Positions 27,211 to 38,200 of a DNA stretch of 64,000 bases are shown piece after piece (position 1 is the stretch's first letter; every line of letters starts with the position of its first letter). Made by a program: the position numbers and the translations under genes. Where the stretch lies: the IMG/VR virus record IMGVR_UViG_2687453531_000003, positions 1 to 64,000 of that record, one strand, 5' to 3'. This DNA comes from a virus (Duplodnaviria; Caudoviricetes). The notes under the pieces are model-generated. The model was not told where the DNA came from. It saw only the letters and a list, made by a program, of their open reading frames with translations, and ran no database searches.

Positions 27211-28332
27211 ATGCTTCTTCATGACTCCGTGTCGGTGTCCGGCGTTCGCCGGACCGCTGACGGCTACCTCGTGGCCGATGCCCGGGTAGCGCGCACTGGC
27301 ATCCAGGAATACCTGGGTTCCGAGGTCGGCAAGCCCGACATACCCATTGTCCGCGTGTACCGGCCACCGGAATCGGTTTTCGCCGAGGACGCCATGCGCT
27401 CCTACGCCTACCGTCCCATGACCAACGGCCACCACGGCGAGGTCACCGCTGAGAACTGGAAGCAGCTCGCCATCGGCCAGACCGGCTCGGAGGTCCTGCG
27501 AGACGGCGACTTCGTGCGCGTGCCTCTGGTGTTGATGGATGCCGATGCGATCCGCGACTACGAGGCAGGAAAGCGCGAGCTATCCATGGGGCTCGAGGCA
27601 GAGGTCATTTTCGAGGATGGGGTGACCCCCACCGGCGAGACCTACGACGCCCGGCTTGGCCCGATGCGAATGAACCACCTCGCTCTGGTCGATCACGCCA
27701 GGGGCGGCGAGCAACTGCGCATCGGGGATTCGCGCACCCCCGGCGCCAAGAAACCTGCGCAAACAACCCCCACAGGAGGCCATGACATGGCTGATGCACT
27801 CCGCAAACTCCTGGTCGATGGCCTCACGATCGAGACCACCGAGCAGGGCGCCCAGGTCGTCGAGAAGCTGCAGAAGCAACTCGGCGACGCCGGGGCGAAC
27901 CTCAAGACCATCCAAGACGCCCACGCCACCGCGATGGCAGCGAAAGACGCCGAACTGGCGAAGAAGGACGCCGAAATCGATGGGCTGAAGGCCAAGGTAC
28001 TGAGCGACGCCGACATCGACAAACTGGTGCGTGAGCGCGCCGACCTGATCGCCAGCGCGATGCTGATCGCTGACGGCGACTATGCCGGCAAGTCCGCCGC
28101 CGAGATCCGCAAGGCGGCTGTCGTGGCCAAGCTGGGCGACGCCGCCATCAAGGACAAGCCGGAGGCGTACATCGCCGCCCGATTCGACATCCTGCTCGAG
28201 GATGCCGCCAGTAACGACCCGGTGCGTGTCCATCTGAAGCAACAGGACAGCAAGCCGACGAACCCGGCTGACAACGGTCAGGCGGCCTACGAGGCCCGTG
28301 TTAACGGCGCCTGGAAAGGAGGTGACAAATAA
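27211..28332 (+). CDS. Prohead protease/scaffold (DUF2213 type)
   Basis: ARTGIQEY, ELSMG, NHLALV..ARGG, coiled-coil C-terminus. Confidence 0.85.
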   Translation: MLLHDSVSVSGVRRTADGYLVADARVARTGIQEYLGSEVGKPDIPIVRVYRPPESVFAEDAMRSYAYRPMTNGHHGEVTAENWKQLAIGQTGSEVLRDGDFVRVPLVLMDADAIRDYEAGKRELSMGLEAEVIFEDGVTPTGETYDARLGPMRMNHLALVDHARGGEQLRIGDSRTPGAKKPAQTTPTGGHDMADALRKLLVDGLTIETTEQGAQVVEKLQKQLGDAGANLKTIQDAHATAMAAKDAELAKKDAEIDGLKAKVLSDADIDKLVRERADLIASAMLIADGDYAGKSAAEIRKAAVVAKLGDAAIKDKPEAYIAARFDILLEDAASNDPVRVHLKQQDSKPTNPADNGQAAYEARVNGAWKGGDK

Positions 28333-28787
28333 TGCCCGCCGTTCAAACCACCTACAGCGCGAACATCCGCCCCGGCCTGCCGGGAATGATCGTCGACGAA
28401 GTCCCGAAGACCCTGATCTCTCGCACTGTCGAGGCCTCTGCTGGCCTGGCGTTCGGCATCCCGGTCATGCAGGGAACCGCCGACAAGGCCGGCCGTGCGC
28501 CGACTACTGGCGATACCGCCGCGAAGTTCGTCGGCATCAGCGTCCGCGACCGCTCCGTCAAGGCCGAGGCTAACCAGTACAGCCAGTACGAGTCGGCCCG
28601 CGTCATGACCGAGGGCGCTATCTGGGTGACCGCTTCCGTGCAGGTTGCCGCAGGCGATCCGGTCTACTTCGTGCCGGCCACCGGCGCCTGGACCAACGTC
28701 GCGACCGACAACGTGCAGGTCGCCGGGGCGCGCTTCGACACCAGCACCACTGGCACCAATCAACTCGCTCAAGTCCGCCTGGGCTAA
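28332..28787 (+). CDS. Head decoration/cement protein
   Basis: 151 aa between protease and capsid; VMTEGAIWV motif. Confidence 0.75.
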   Translation: MPAVQTTYSANIRPGLPGMIVDEVPKTLISRTVEASAGLAFGIPVMQGTADKAGRAPTTGDTAAKFVGISVRDRSVKAEANQYSQYESARVMTEGAIWVTASVQVAAGDPVYFVPATGAWTNVATDNVQVAGARFDTSTTGTNQLAQVRLG

Positions 28788-28796
28788 GGAGAAACC

Positions 28797-29726
28797 ATGA
28801 GCCGATTCAAGCTGCTCGACGCCCAGGCCGCCCTGGGCTTCGTGGTCTCGCAGACCACCTACATCGAGCGCCAGGTCAACGAGATCGTCTACCCGGATAT
28901 CCAGTATCCGCAACTGATCCCGGTCGATACCTCCGCTCCCGAGTGGATCAAGAGCATCACCTACTACTCGGCCGACAAGGTCGGTCGGGCCGACTGGATC
29001 AACGGCAACGCCGATGACATCCCGCTGGCCAGCACTGATCGCTCGAAGTTCGAGACCCAGGTTCACATGGCAGGTATCGGCTACGGCTACGGCCTGGAGG
29101 AGATCAGCCAGGCGCAGATGCTCGGCATCAACCTGACTGCTGACGACGCCATGGCCGCACGCCGCGCCTACGAGGAGATGGTGGACCGTGTCGCGCTGCT
29201 GGGCGACAGCTCCAAAGGATTCTCTGGCCTGTTCAACTTCCCAGGCGTCACCGCTGGTACCGCAGTGACCGGCAACTGGTCCACCGCGACCGCCGACCAG
29301 ATCCTGGCAGACGTGAACACCGCGCTTACCGTGCAGGCACAGGGCACGCTGTTCACGGCGTTCTCTGACACCCTGTTGCTGCCGTACAGCAAGTTCTTGC
29401 TGCTGGCTACCCGCAAGGTGAACGAGCAGGGCCTGGAATCGATTCTGACCTACCTGCAGCGCAACAACGTGTACACCGCCCAAACCGGCCGACCTCTCCT
29501 GATCAAGGGGTTGAATGGCCTGGATACCGCCGGCGCTGGCGGCACTGCGCGCATGATCACTTACCGCCGTGATCCTTCGGTGTTGAAAATGCACATCCCG
29601 ATGCCGCATCGCTTCCGCCCGGTGTACCAGGCCGGCCCGATCCGTTGGGAAGTTCCCGGCATCTTCCGCCTCGGTGGCGTGGATATCCGTCGTCCGGCGG
29701 AAGTCCGCTACACCGACGGCATCTGA
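28797..29726 (+). CDS. Major capsid protein (DUF2184 type)
   Basis: 309 aa; GYGYGLEEI..A, GD...GLFN.P; synteny. Confidence 0.88.
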   Translation: MSRFKLLDAQAALGFVVSQTTYIERQVNEIVYPDIQYPQLIPVDTSAPEWIKSITYYSADKVGRADWINGNADDIPLASTDRSKFETQVHMAGIGYGYGLEEISQAQMLGINLTADDAMAARRAYEEMVDRVALLGDSSKGFSGLFNFPGVTAGTAVTGNWSTATADQILADVNTALTVQAQGTLFTAFSDTLLLPYSKFLLLATRKVNEQGLESILTYLQRNNVYTAQTGRPLLIKGLNGLDTAGAGGTARMITYRRDPSVLKMHIPMPHRFRPVYQAGPIRWEVPGIFRLGGVDIRRPAEVRYTDGI

Positions 29727-29738
29727 CGGGGGTGGACT

Positions 29739-30182
29739 ATGGCGCTCATCACCAATACCAACCGCATCACCCCCATCGGCCTGCCGAGCGGCGTGGTCAT
29801 CCCGCCGGGCGCGTCTGTTGACGTGCCCGAGTGGGACGAGATCAAGGACCGCAAGAACCTTGCCTTCTACGTGCTCACCGGCGTGCTGGTGGTCGAAGGC
29901 GGCGAGGGCGGAGACGACCAGGGCGGCGAAGAGGCGTACCGCCAGCAACTGTTCGCCGAGCTGAAGGCCCTGGGCGTGAATGCCGGCGCCAACAGCAAGA
30001 CCGAGACCCTGGTTTCGAAACTGGCAGAGGTCAAGGCCAAGGCCACGCTGCCCGCTGACGAAGCGGCTCAGAAACAAGCGCTGATCGAGCAACTGGCCGC
30101 CCTCGGAGTGCCGGCTGGTCCTGATGCCTCCCTGGAAGAACTCCAGAAGGCCCTGGCCGACAAGCAGGCCGAGCAGCAGTAA
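29739..30182 (+). CDS. Head-region protein with two HeH/LEM-like repeats
   Basis: L.AELKALGV...ETLVSKL / L.EQLAALGV...EELQKAL. Confidence 0.75.
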   Translation: MALITNTNRITPIGLPSGVVIPPGASVDVPEWDEIKDRKNLAFYVLTGVLVVEGGEGGDDQGGEEAYRQQLFAELKALGVNAGANSKTETLVSKLAEVKAKATLPADEAAQKQALIEQLAALGVPAGPDASLEELQKALADKQAEQQ

Positions 30183-30240
30183 TACCCGCCTCACGGATGG
30201 TCGACCGGGCCAGGATGGCCCACCTATTCGAGGATTCTGC

Positions 30241-30366
30241 ATGAGCCCCATCTACTGGCACTTCGGACCGCTGCAGTTCACCAAGTCCGGCTCTCTCTGG
30301 GTTCTCTCCGTTAGCGGTTTCGGTCTCTGCGGCATCGGGCTGCGCATGGGGCTGTACCGTGGCTGA
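30241..30366 (+). CDS. Small hydrophobic peptide (41 aa)
   Basis: GAGGA RBS; overlaps next start. Confidence 0.45.
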   Translation: MSPIYWHFGPLQFTKSGSLWVLSVSGFGLCGIGLRMGLYRG

Positions 30367-30880
30367 CGCCTACTACGGCACCGTGGCTGGTGCTGATGCC
30401 TACCACCAGGCCCGGGGCAATGCCGCCTGGGCGGCTGCTGCTGAGGCCGACAAGGAAGCAGCGCTGGCCCGGGCATCAGCCTACATCGACGGCCTCGGCA
30501 CCCAACAGCCGGTCTCTGAATGCGTGCTGGTCTTTCCTGGCAAGAAAGCCGGAGGGCGAGCCCAAGCACTGCAATGGCCGCGCGTAGGCGCCGTTGACCG
30601 TGACGGGGAGCCCGTTCCGGCTGATGAGGTGCCGCGGGAGGTCGAGCAGGCCACCTACGAGGCCGCGCTGCGCGAACTGTTGAAGCCCGGCAGCCTGAAT
30701 CCGGACTACGTTGCGACCACCGCGGTGAAACGCGCCAAGGTCGGGCCGCTCGAAACCGAGTTCTTCGGCCCAGCCGAAGGCGACGAGCAGCCCAACAAGC
30801 CCTTCATCGGGGTCATCAACGATCTCTTGGCGCCGATCATGGTGTTGCGGTGCCCGATGCCAGCGGTATTCACGGTATGA
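30359..30880 (+). CDS. Head-tail adaptor (DnaT-like domain family)
   Basis: ADAYH.ARGN..W...QAL.WPR...VP.EV..AT.EAA. Confidence 0.75.
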   Translation: MADAYYGTVAGADAYHQARGNAAWAAAAEADKEAALARASAYIDGLGTQQPVSECVLVFPGKKAGGRAQALQWPRVGAVDRDGEPVPADEVPREVEQATYEAALRELLKPGSLNPDYVATTAVKRAKVGPLETEFFGPAEGDEQPNKPFIGVINDLLAPIMVLRCPMPAVFTV

Positions 30881-31869
30881 CCGAAGCCGAGATCCTACGC
30901 GCAATCGAGGGAAAGGAGCCGGCGTTGCAGAGGGCGTACCTGGACCGGGTCAGGTCGGTGACGGATGCCGCTGTCGTGGCTGAGATCGAGCGCTACATCA
31001 ACGAGCAGGATGAGGATTCCATTGTCTCGGCGCTGTCGCTGGGGCTGCTGGCGGTGTTCCTGGAGCAACTGCGGTCCACCTACCTGGCCGGCGCGACCCT
31101 CGAAATCAAGTTTTTCCCGGGACGGCCGGTCCCGGAGTTTGACCCTGTAGGCCCTGGGCCGTCGACCTGGTTATCGGAGCATGCCCGCGTCCTGCAGCGT
31201 GACATCGATGATGCTACGCGCCTGGCTGTCCGCCACACGATCCAGATGGCCGACCTCCTGGGGCGCCCGCCGCGCGCGACAGCACTCGATATCGTCGGCC
31301 GGCGAAGCCCGCAGACCGGGCAGCGAACCGGAGGAATCACCGGACTCTCCGGCAACTACGCCCAGGCAGTGGCCAACGCCCGCGCCCAGTTGCTCAGCGG
31401 AGACCCCGCGCAGATGCGCCAATACCTGACCCGCATTCGCAGGGACCGGCGGTTCGACAGGTTGGTCGAGCGAGCCGTCGAGGCGCGTCGCCCGGTCCCG
31501 TCGGCGGATGTCGATCGCATCGTAGGCCGCTATTCCGAGCGACTGCTGCGGACCCGTGCCGAGCAGATCGCCGCGACTGAGGCACACGACGCCTTCAGCG
31601 CCGGACGGGATCAGGTCTACGAGCAACTCGTCGCCAATGGACTGGAGCGCAGCAGAGTCCTGAAGACCTGGCACAACGTCGGCGACAACCGCGTTCGGCA
31701 CACTCATTCGCCGATGCAGGGCCAGCGACAGCAACTCGGTAGTCCGTTCGTGACGGGCGGTGGCGCGCTGCTGATGTTCCCCGGTGACCAGACGCTTGGG
31801 GCCGGCGACAACGAAACCGCCGGCTGCCGGTGCTGGGTCGAGTACGAAATCGGAGGTATCCGTGCGTGA
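30877..31869 (+). CDS. Head morphogenesis / minor head protein (SPP1 gp7, Mu gpF-like)
   Basis: RAEQIAATE, KTW..VGDNRVRHTH, FPGD, CRC. Confidence 0.85.
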   Translation: MTEAEILRAIEGKEPALQRAYLDRVRSVTDAAVVAEIERYINEQDEDSIVSALSLGLLAVFLEQLRSTYLAGATLEIKFFPGRPVPEFDPVGPGPSTWLSEHARVLQRDIDDATRLAVRHTIQMADLLGRPPRATALDIVGRRSPQTGQRTGGITGLSGNYAQAVANARAQLLSGDPAQMRQYLTRIRRDRRFDRLVERAVEARRPVPSADVDRIVGRYSERLLRTRAEQIAATEAHDAFSAGRDQVYEQLVANGLERSRVLKTWHNVGDNRVRHTHSPMQGQRQQLGSPFVTGGGALLMFPGDQTLGAGDNETAGCRCWVEYEIGGIRA

Positions 31870-32248
31870 CGAAATGCAGGCTATTTTCGGCCAGATGTTC
31901 GACAGCGTGTTCAGCGAGTCGGTGACCTCGTTCGCTGGCGAGTATCCGGGGCCGGGCGTCTTCGATCCGGTCACCGAGACCACCACCAGCCAACCCGTGC
32001 GGTACTCCGGGCGCGGGGTCTTCCACAACTACGAGGCCAACCGCATCGACGGAATCAACATCCTGGTCGGCGACATCCAACTGATCGCTCTGATCAACGA
32101 GGTGTCGGACCAGCCCGCCGTCGGCCATGAACTGAGCACTACCGACGTGGTGCCGATCCTTGGTGGGCCGTTGGCGGGCTATCGCATCGTGCGCGTTGGC
32201 GGTGATCCCGCCGGCGTGCATCACGATCTGCAGTTGAGGAAAGCGTGA
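31862..32248 (+). CDS. Head closure protein
   Basis: GTG start, FDPVT..., synteny. Confidence 0.65.
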   Translation: MRDEMQAIFGQMFDSVFSESVTSFAGEYPGPGVFDPVTETTTSQPVRYSGRGVFHNYEANRIDGINILVGDIQLIALINEVSDQPAVGHELSTTDVVPILGGPLAGYRIVRVGGDPAGVHHDLQLRKA

Positions 32249-32643
32249 TGGCAAAGGGGAAGGGAGGAAGGTCCTGGAGCATCCCTCCGTCGGCTTTCGC
32301 CGAGAATGTGGGGCAGGCCGTGGCCAACCACCAGCGGCGGCTGACCATCGAAATGCTCGAGCAGATCACCATTCGTGCACCAGTCGATACCGGTCGATTC
32401 AAAGCCAACAACATCGTCAGCGTTGACCTCCCGGTCTACTACTCGCTTGACCGCTACGACAAGGACGGTCACGAGACCCTGGCGATGGGGGAGGCTGCAC
32501 TGGCGGCGCTTGCGCCGTATTCGGTCGTCTACATCCAGAACAACCTGATCTACGCCGGCGCGCTGGAGCATGGCCACTCTGGCCAGGCTCCGGCGGGTAT
32601 CTATGGCGTCAGCTTCCATAGCGTCACGGCGAGATATTCATGA
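32248..32643 (+). CDS. HK97 gp10-like neck protein
   Basis: PVDTGRFK, NNL.YA..LEHGHS.QAP.G. Confidence 0.85.
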   Translation: MAKGKGGRSWSIPPSAFAENVGQAVANHQRRLTIEMLEQITIRAPVDTGRFKANNIVSVDLPVYYSLDRYDKDGHETLAMGEAALAALAPYSVVYIQNNLIYAGALEHGHSGQAPAGIYGVSFHSVTARYS

Positions 32644-33047
32644 CCTTCGAACAGATCCGGGCAGTCATCATCACGCGCATGACCGAGTGGGCCGCGATAC
32701 CGGGCGATGACGTCGATTACCCGAACAACCCAAAAGGTCCGTTCAAGCCGGACGGGCAGCCGATCTGGGCGCGCCTGGCGGATATCCCCGGCGCCTCGGC
32801 GGCCACGGAGATCGGCAACGGCCCCTGTGTTCGCCGCAGCGGACTGATCATCGTGCAGCTCTTCGTGCCGACCTACAAAGGCACGCTGCTGCTGACCCGG
32901 ACCGCCGATACGCTGCGCGAGCACTTCGAGTTCTACAGCGACCCGGTCCTGCCGTTCGAGTGCTTTGCCGTCTCCCAATCCGTTCCCGGCGATGATGGAC
33001 ACGGCTGGTACCAGGCCAACCTGACGATCCCCTACCGGGCTGGTTGA
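32640..33047 (+). CDS. Tail terminator (DUF4128-like)
   Basis: YPN...F.P, G...VQLF.P, WYQ.N..IPY. Confidence 0.75.
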   Translation: MTFEQIRAVIITRMTEWAAIPGDDVDYPNNPKGPFKPDGQPIWARLADIPGASAATEIGNGPCVRRSGLIIVQLFVPTYKGTLLLTRTADTLREHFEFYSDPVLPFECFAVSQSVPGDDGHGWYQANLTIPYRAG

Positions 33048-33060
33048 GCCCGACCCACCC

Positions 33061-33083
33061 ACCGCCGCACGGCGGTTTTTTTT
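33061..33083 (+). terminator. Intrinsic terminator before tail tube gene
   Basis: ACCGCC-GCAC-GGCGGT-T7. Confidence 0.75.
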
Positions 33084-33108
33084 CGCCTATCACAGGAGAA
33101 ACGCCCCC

Positions 33109-34278
33109 ATGAGTAGCGGCGCGAAGGTCCAGCTTGCTTGGATCAAAGAGGTAACCCCCGGCGTCACCCCGCCGGGCGACTGGCACACGCTCACCCGTAT
33201 CAGCAACGGGGTGACACCGACCTACAACTCTGAGGCCAACAACGAGATCGGTGCCGACCGTATGGCCCAGGGTACCGCCATGACCACCGTCGACGTTGGC
33301 GGTGACATCGAGAGCAAATGGCGCTACGGGGCGCTGGATGAGTTCATGGCCTCCTGCTTCGGCAAGAACTGGGTCGCGAACGTCCTGACCATGGGTAACG
33401 ACCGCATCTCCTTCTCCCTGGCCACCTATGCCGCGGATATCGGCGTCGCCGGTATCGCCCGTGGCGCCCAGGTTGCGACGATGGCGTTCGACTTCCCGGG
33501 CGACAACGAGATCACCGTCACCACCACGTTCGCTGCCACCAGTTGGAGCGATAAGGCCGATGACACCTCGTTCATCGTCAACGCCCAGCCGGAGCCGGCG
33601 CAGCGCCGCTACTCGTTCAAGGACATCAGCGGCCTGAAGCTCAACGACCAGCAGGTGGGAGAGGGCAATGCCTGCGTCGACAGCTTCAACCTGCAGTTCG
33701 ACAACGCGGTACAGACCCAGCGCTGTATCGGCAACGGCAACCCGTTCCCGGGCAACATCATCCCCACGACTTTCACGCCGTCGGGATCGATCACGATCAG
33801 TTGGTCGAAGATGGCCTATCAGCTCTGGAAGGCACAGCAGACCGGTGACGCCATCAGTTTGGAGTTCACCGTCAGCAACGCCGACGGCGGCTATCGCATC
33901 AGCCTCCCGGAGATGGAAGTGAACGGGTCCTGGCCGGATGCCGGCGCCGAGGAAATCGTCCAGGTCGAGCTGAACTACACCGCGCGCCGTATCCCGCCGA
34001 CCATCACCCGCCTGCCGGCGCCGATCGTGATTGCAAGCGTCACCGTCACGCCGGATACCGCCTCGGTCGCCGCCGGTGAAACCGTAGACCTGGAAGCCGA
34101 GGTTCTACCGGCCGGCGCCAGCCAGACCGTCACCTGGTCCACCTCCGATGCAGCGATCGCCACCGTGAACGACACCGGCCTGGTCACCGGCGTGGCCGTA
34201 GGCACCGCAACGATCACCGCTACCAGCACCGCGGACCCGACCAAGACCGATACCTGCGCGATCACCGTAACCGCGTAA
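33109..34278 (+). CDS. Major tail tube protein with C-terminal Ig-like (Big_2) domain
   Basis: SVTVTP...VTWSTSD..IATV...GLVTGVA.GTATITAT. Confidence 0.88.
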   Translation: MSSGAKVQLAWIKEVTPGVTPPGDWHTLTRISNGVTPTYNSEANNEIGADRMAQGTAMTTVDVGGDIESKWRYGALDEFMASCFGKNWVANVLTMGNDRISFSLATYAADIGVAGIARGAQVATMAFDFPGDNEITVTTTFAATSWSDKADDTSFIVNAQPEPAQRRYSFKDISGLKLNDQQVGEGNACVDSFNLQFDNAVQTQRCIGNGNPFPGNIIPTTFTPSGSITISWSKMAYQLWKAQQTGDAISLEFTVSNADGGYRISLPEMEVNGSWPDAGAEEIVQVELNYTARRIPPTITRLPAPIVIASVTVTPDTASVAAGETVDLEAEVLPAGASQTVTWSTSDAAIATVNDTGLVTGVAVGTATITATSTADPTKTDTCAITVTA

Positions 34279-34336
34279 CCCCTTGCCTGGCGCGCCCTGC
34301 GGTGCGCGCTGGGCCTTTTTACCGCAGAGGAACAGC

Positions 34337-34825
34337 ATGGCCATCACCCTGAAGAAAAAGCCCGAAATCGACCTGTACGGCACCCGCTGGCTGCATCTCA
34401 AACTGGACGAGCAGGGGCATCTGTCGCCTTGCGACGTAGAAGCGGAGGCGGACCTTTCGCTGCTGGTGGGGTCGACTGGCGATCCGCTTTTCCAGTCCCA
34501 CCACGCGATGATCAACCGCCACATGCAGGCGATCGATGCTCAGGCCGGCGTCGGAACCAGCCAGTTCAGCCCGCTGACTCTGGCCGATGTTCAGTTCGAC
34601 AATATCGACGACCTGCTGATTGGCCTGGTGGCCAGGCACATCATCAAGGACTGGAAGGGTGTGCAGGACGAGGCGGCGCCCGGTGTGCCCGCCGACTACA
34701 CGCCGGAGCGCGGCCAGGCGCTGATGCGCCAACACCCCGATGCCTACTGGCTTGCGCTCAAGACCGGCACTGACATCGCGGTTCGCGCGGATCTGCGTAC
34801 CCAGGAGACCGTGGGAAAGTCCTGA
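34337..34825 (+). CDS. Tail assembly chaperone (gpG-like)
   Basis: Between tube and tape measure; ends at GGGAAAG slippery site. Confidence 0.82.
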   Translation: MAITLKKKPEIDLYGTRWLHLKLDEQGHLSPCDVEAEADLSLLVGSTGDPLFQSHHAMINRHMQAIDAQAGVGTSQFSPLTLADVQFDNIDDLLIGLVARHIIKDWKGVQDEAAPGVPADYTPERGQALMRQHPDAYWLALKTGTDIAVRADLRTQETVGKS

Positions 34826-35220
34826 GCGCGTATCGCTGGGCTCGGGACTGGGCGGGGCCCGACAACGAGAAGAAGCGATGGAAGCATGAACGGTTCGGGC
34901 TCCCGGTCCCTGCGGAGCCCACAATAGACGCCGTCTGCGCCGAGGTGCTCGAGGCCTACCACCGGATCAGCAGGGGCCGGCAGTTCATCGGCATGATCGG
35001 CGCGCCGGCCCCGCTTTCTCACCGCGATATCGACGCCTACCTCCTGCGTTACCCCACCGCCATCCCCATCGCCGAGTTCGAGGCGGCGGTCCTCGCGCTC
35101 GACGACGAGTACCGCGCCCAGTGGGCCGTGGCGCAATCAGAACCTGCTGAACAAGAACCCGGAGACCGCCATGGCGGAAGAAAGTCGCCTCTCAATAATC
35201 ATCGACTCCCGGGGCGCTGA
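34813..35220 (+). CDS. -1 frameshift extension (gpGT-like)
   Basis: G GGA AAG at 34813-34819; -1 frame open from slip site to 35220. Confidence 0.8.
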   Translation, partial: GKVLSAYRWARDWAGPDNEKKRWKHERFGLPVPAEPTIDAVCAEVLEAYHRISRGRQFIGMIGAPAPLSHRDIDAYLLRYPTAIPIAEFEAAVLALDDEYRAQWAVAQSEPAEQEPGDRHGGRKSPLNNHRLPGR

Positions 35221-38200
35221 GAAGAGCGCGACCAGTCTTAGCGACGCGCTAGACCGGGTGGAGCGCAGCGGGGACGAAGCCGCCGGCAGCACCTCCCGCC
35301 TCAGCGAGGTGACTGTCCGCCTCGGCTCGAATATGAGTAAGGCTGCGGCCGCTACCGTTGCGTCGCTATCGCGTATCGAGCGCGCGACGGAGTCGACCAG
35401 TTCGCAGATGACGGCGCTTGTCTCCCGCGCTGTCGCCCTGGAAAACGCGATGTCGTCGGTGGGCCAGGGTATCGGTCGGCTCGACACCGGCATCACCCAG
35501 TCGAACGCGCAACTTGCGCAGTTGAACACCCAGATGTCGCATCTGGTGTCGACGTTCAGCACGTTTTCCCAGGGGCAGAGCGCGATCAACGCGCAGTTGT
35601 CGCGCATCGCTGCGAACATGTCGCGGGCAGCGGACGAGACCCAGAACCTGGACCAGTCCACCAGCCGTGCCGGCCGCGGCGCGCGCGAAGCCGCGAGTGA
35701 CCTCGACGCAGAACGCGCCGGCCTGGCGCGCCTGCTGGGGCAGATCAATCCCACTGTCGCGGCGCTCGACCGCCTCGACGACATGCAGCAACGGCTCACT
35801 CGCTACAAGAACTTGCGCCTGGTCGATGCTGAGACGGTGGCGGAGTACACCGAGCGGCTGAAGGCAATGCGCAATGCCCTGGGCGACGCCGAGGGCGGCA
35901 TGAACCGCACTGGGATGTCGGCCAAAGCGCTGTCGGCGAACATGCGGATGCTGCCGGCTCAGATCACGGACATCGTTGTCGGCCTGTCCTCTGGCCAGGC
36001 CCCCTTGACCGTGCTGCTCCAGCAGGGCGGCCAACTCAAGGACATGTTCGGTGGAATTGGGCCGGCTGCGCGCGCCGTCGGGGGCTACATCGCCGGCCTG
36101 GTAAATCCCTACACCATCGCCGCCGCCGCCGCTGGCGTGCTGGCGTTGGCTTTCTACCAGGGCTCGGTGGAGTCGTCGCGCCTGACCAACGCCCTGGTCA
36201 AGAACGGCAACGCCGCCGGAACCACCGCCGGGCAACTCTCGGTCTTCGCGCAGCAGGTCGGGGCTGGGAACGCGACAGTAGCGCAGGCAGCCAGCGCGCT
36301 GACGCAACTGGCCGGCGCCGGCAACCAACTGACCATCCTCTACCCGAAGATCGCCGCGGCGGCGATCAGTTGGTCGAAGGTCACCGACCAGTCTGTCGAG
36401 GAGGTGGTCGACAGCTTCAATGACCTGGCCAAGAACCCAGTCGATGCGGTGAAGAAGCTCGACGACCAGCTCAACTTCCTGACCGCGAGCCAGTACGCGA
36501 ACATCCAGTCGCTGCAGGAGCAGGGGCGCACAATGGATGCTGCTCGACTTGCGACCGAGGCATACGCCAACGCGCTGGCCAGTCGCTCCACGGAGATGGA
36601 GCAGAACCTGGGGGTGGTAGAGAAGGCTTGGAACGGACTGAAGAGTGCCGCGAAGTCAGCATGGGATGCCATGCTCGACATAGGCCGTACCGAGTCGCCG
36701 GAACAGCAACTGCAGAAGGTCTACAAGCAGATCGAGAATGCCCAGAAGGGCATTGGGCGAGGTGGCCGGGCCGCGTTTGGCCTGGGGATCAGCCAGCCCA
36801 GTCTCGATGCGCTATATAAGCGCGCCGCTGACCTTCAGGCGAAGATCGCCGCCGACGGCGCGAAGAACCTGGAGCAGGCAACGAACAACGCGATCCAGGC
36901 GGCCGGAAAGAAAGGCATCGATACGATCAACACGACGTTCGCCGCCGCGCAGACGCAGACCGAGAAGCTCCAGAAGCAACTGGTAGAACTCGACAAGGCT
37001 CGAAAGGCCGCCATGGAGGCGGGCGGATTCACAGCCGAGGAGGAGACCAAGTTCGCGGTCGCACGCAAGAACATCGAGCAGCAGATCGCCGACATCAAGG
37101 CGCGTGAGGCGAAGAAGAGTGCGCCGAAGACCCGCGGCCAGAATGTCGGCGTGCGTGAGGCTGACAATACCGCCTCCCGCTTGCTGGCCCAGTACGACCC
37201 GGCCGGCCAGGCTGTGCGCACCCTGACCAAGGAGCAGCAGCAACTCGACCTCGCTTGGCGCAAGGGCAAAATCACGCTCGACGAGTACGGCAAGGCCCTG
37301 GCGCAGGCGTCGCTTAACTACGCCGCGGCTATCAAGGGCGCCCAAGGCCTCACCGCAGCCGAGCAGTACCAGGCGCAGATGGAGCGGCAACTCTCGATTC
37401 AGCGCCAGCAGTACGCTGCCCAAGCCGCGGCGGTCGGTATGGGCAGCAAGGAGGCCGAACGGTACCAGCAGCGTCTCCAACTGGAGCAGCAGACCAACGA
37501 CCGAGTCCTCCAGTTGCGGACCGAGTTGGCCCAGGCGACCACCGAGAAGCAGCGACAGGAGCTTCAGGCACAGATCGACCTGACCAACGAGTATCTGCCA
37601 CAACAGGTCGCTGCGATGGAGGCGGGCTGGGCCCAGATGGACGCGGCCATGGCCAACCCCATCAACGGCTGGACCGCTGCGGTGCAGAACTTCGGCGCGC
37701 AAGCCGCCAATGTCGCGGGGCAGACGCAGAGCATCTTCTCCAGCGCTTTCGAGACCCTAACCAGCGGGATATCCGAGAGCATCACCAGCCTGAACTTCTC
37801 GCTGAACACGCTCGGCGACCTCGGGAAAGAGGTTCTGAAGAACATCATCGCCGGCTTCGTGAAGATGGGTGTCCAGTTGGCCGCGAATGCGGTGCTGGCC
37901 ATGACCCTGGGCGCCTCTCAGACCGCCGCTACGGTCGCCATGGCAGGCACAACCGCTGCGGCTTGGGCGCCTGCGGCGGCGTTTGCGTCGATTGCGACTC
38001 TCGGCGGCGCAGCGATCCCCGCGTCGGCCGCCCTCACCAGCACCACGGCCCTGGCATCGTCGCTGGCGGTGATCCCAGGCTTGGCCACTGGCGGGATGGT
38101 CAACGGCGCCGGCACCGGCACCTCCGACAGCAACCTCCGCTGGCTCAGCAACGGCGAGTTCGTGGTGAATGCCGAGGCGACCAGGCGGAATCGGTCATTG

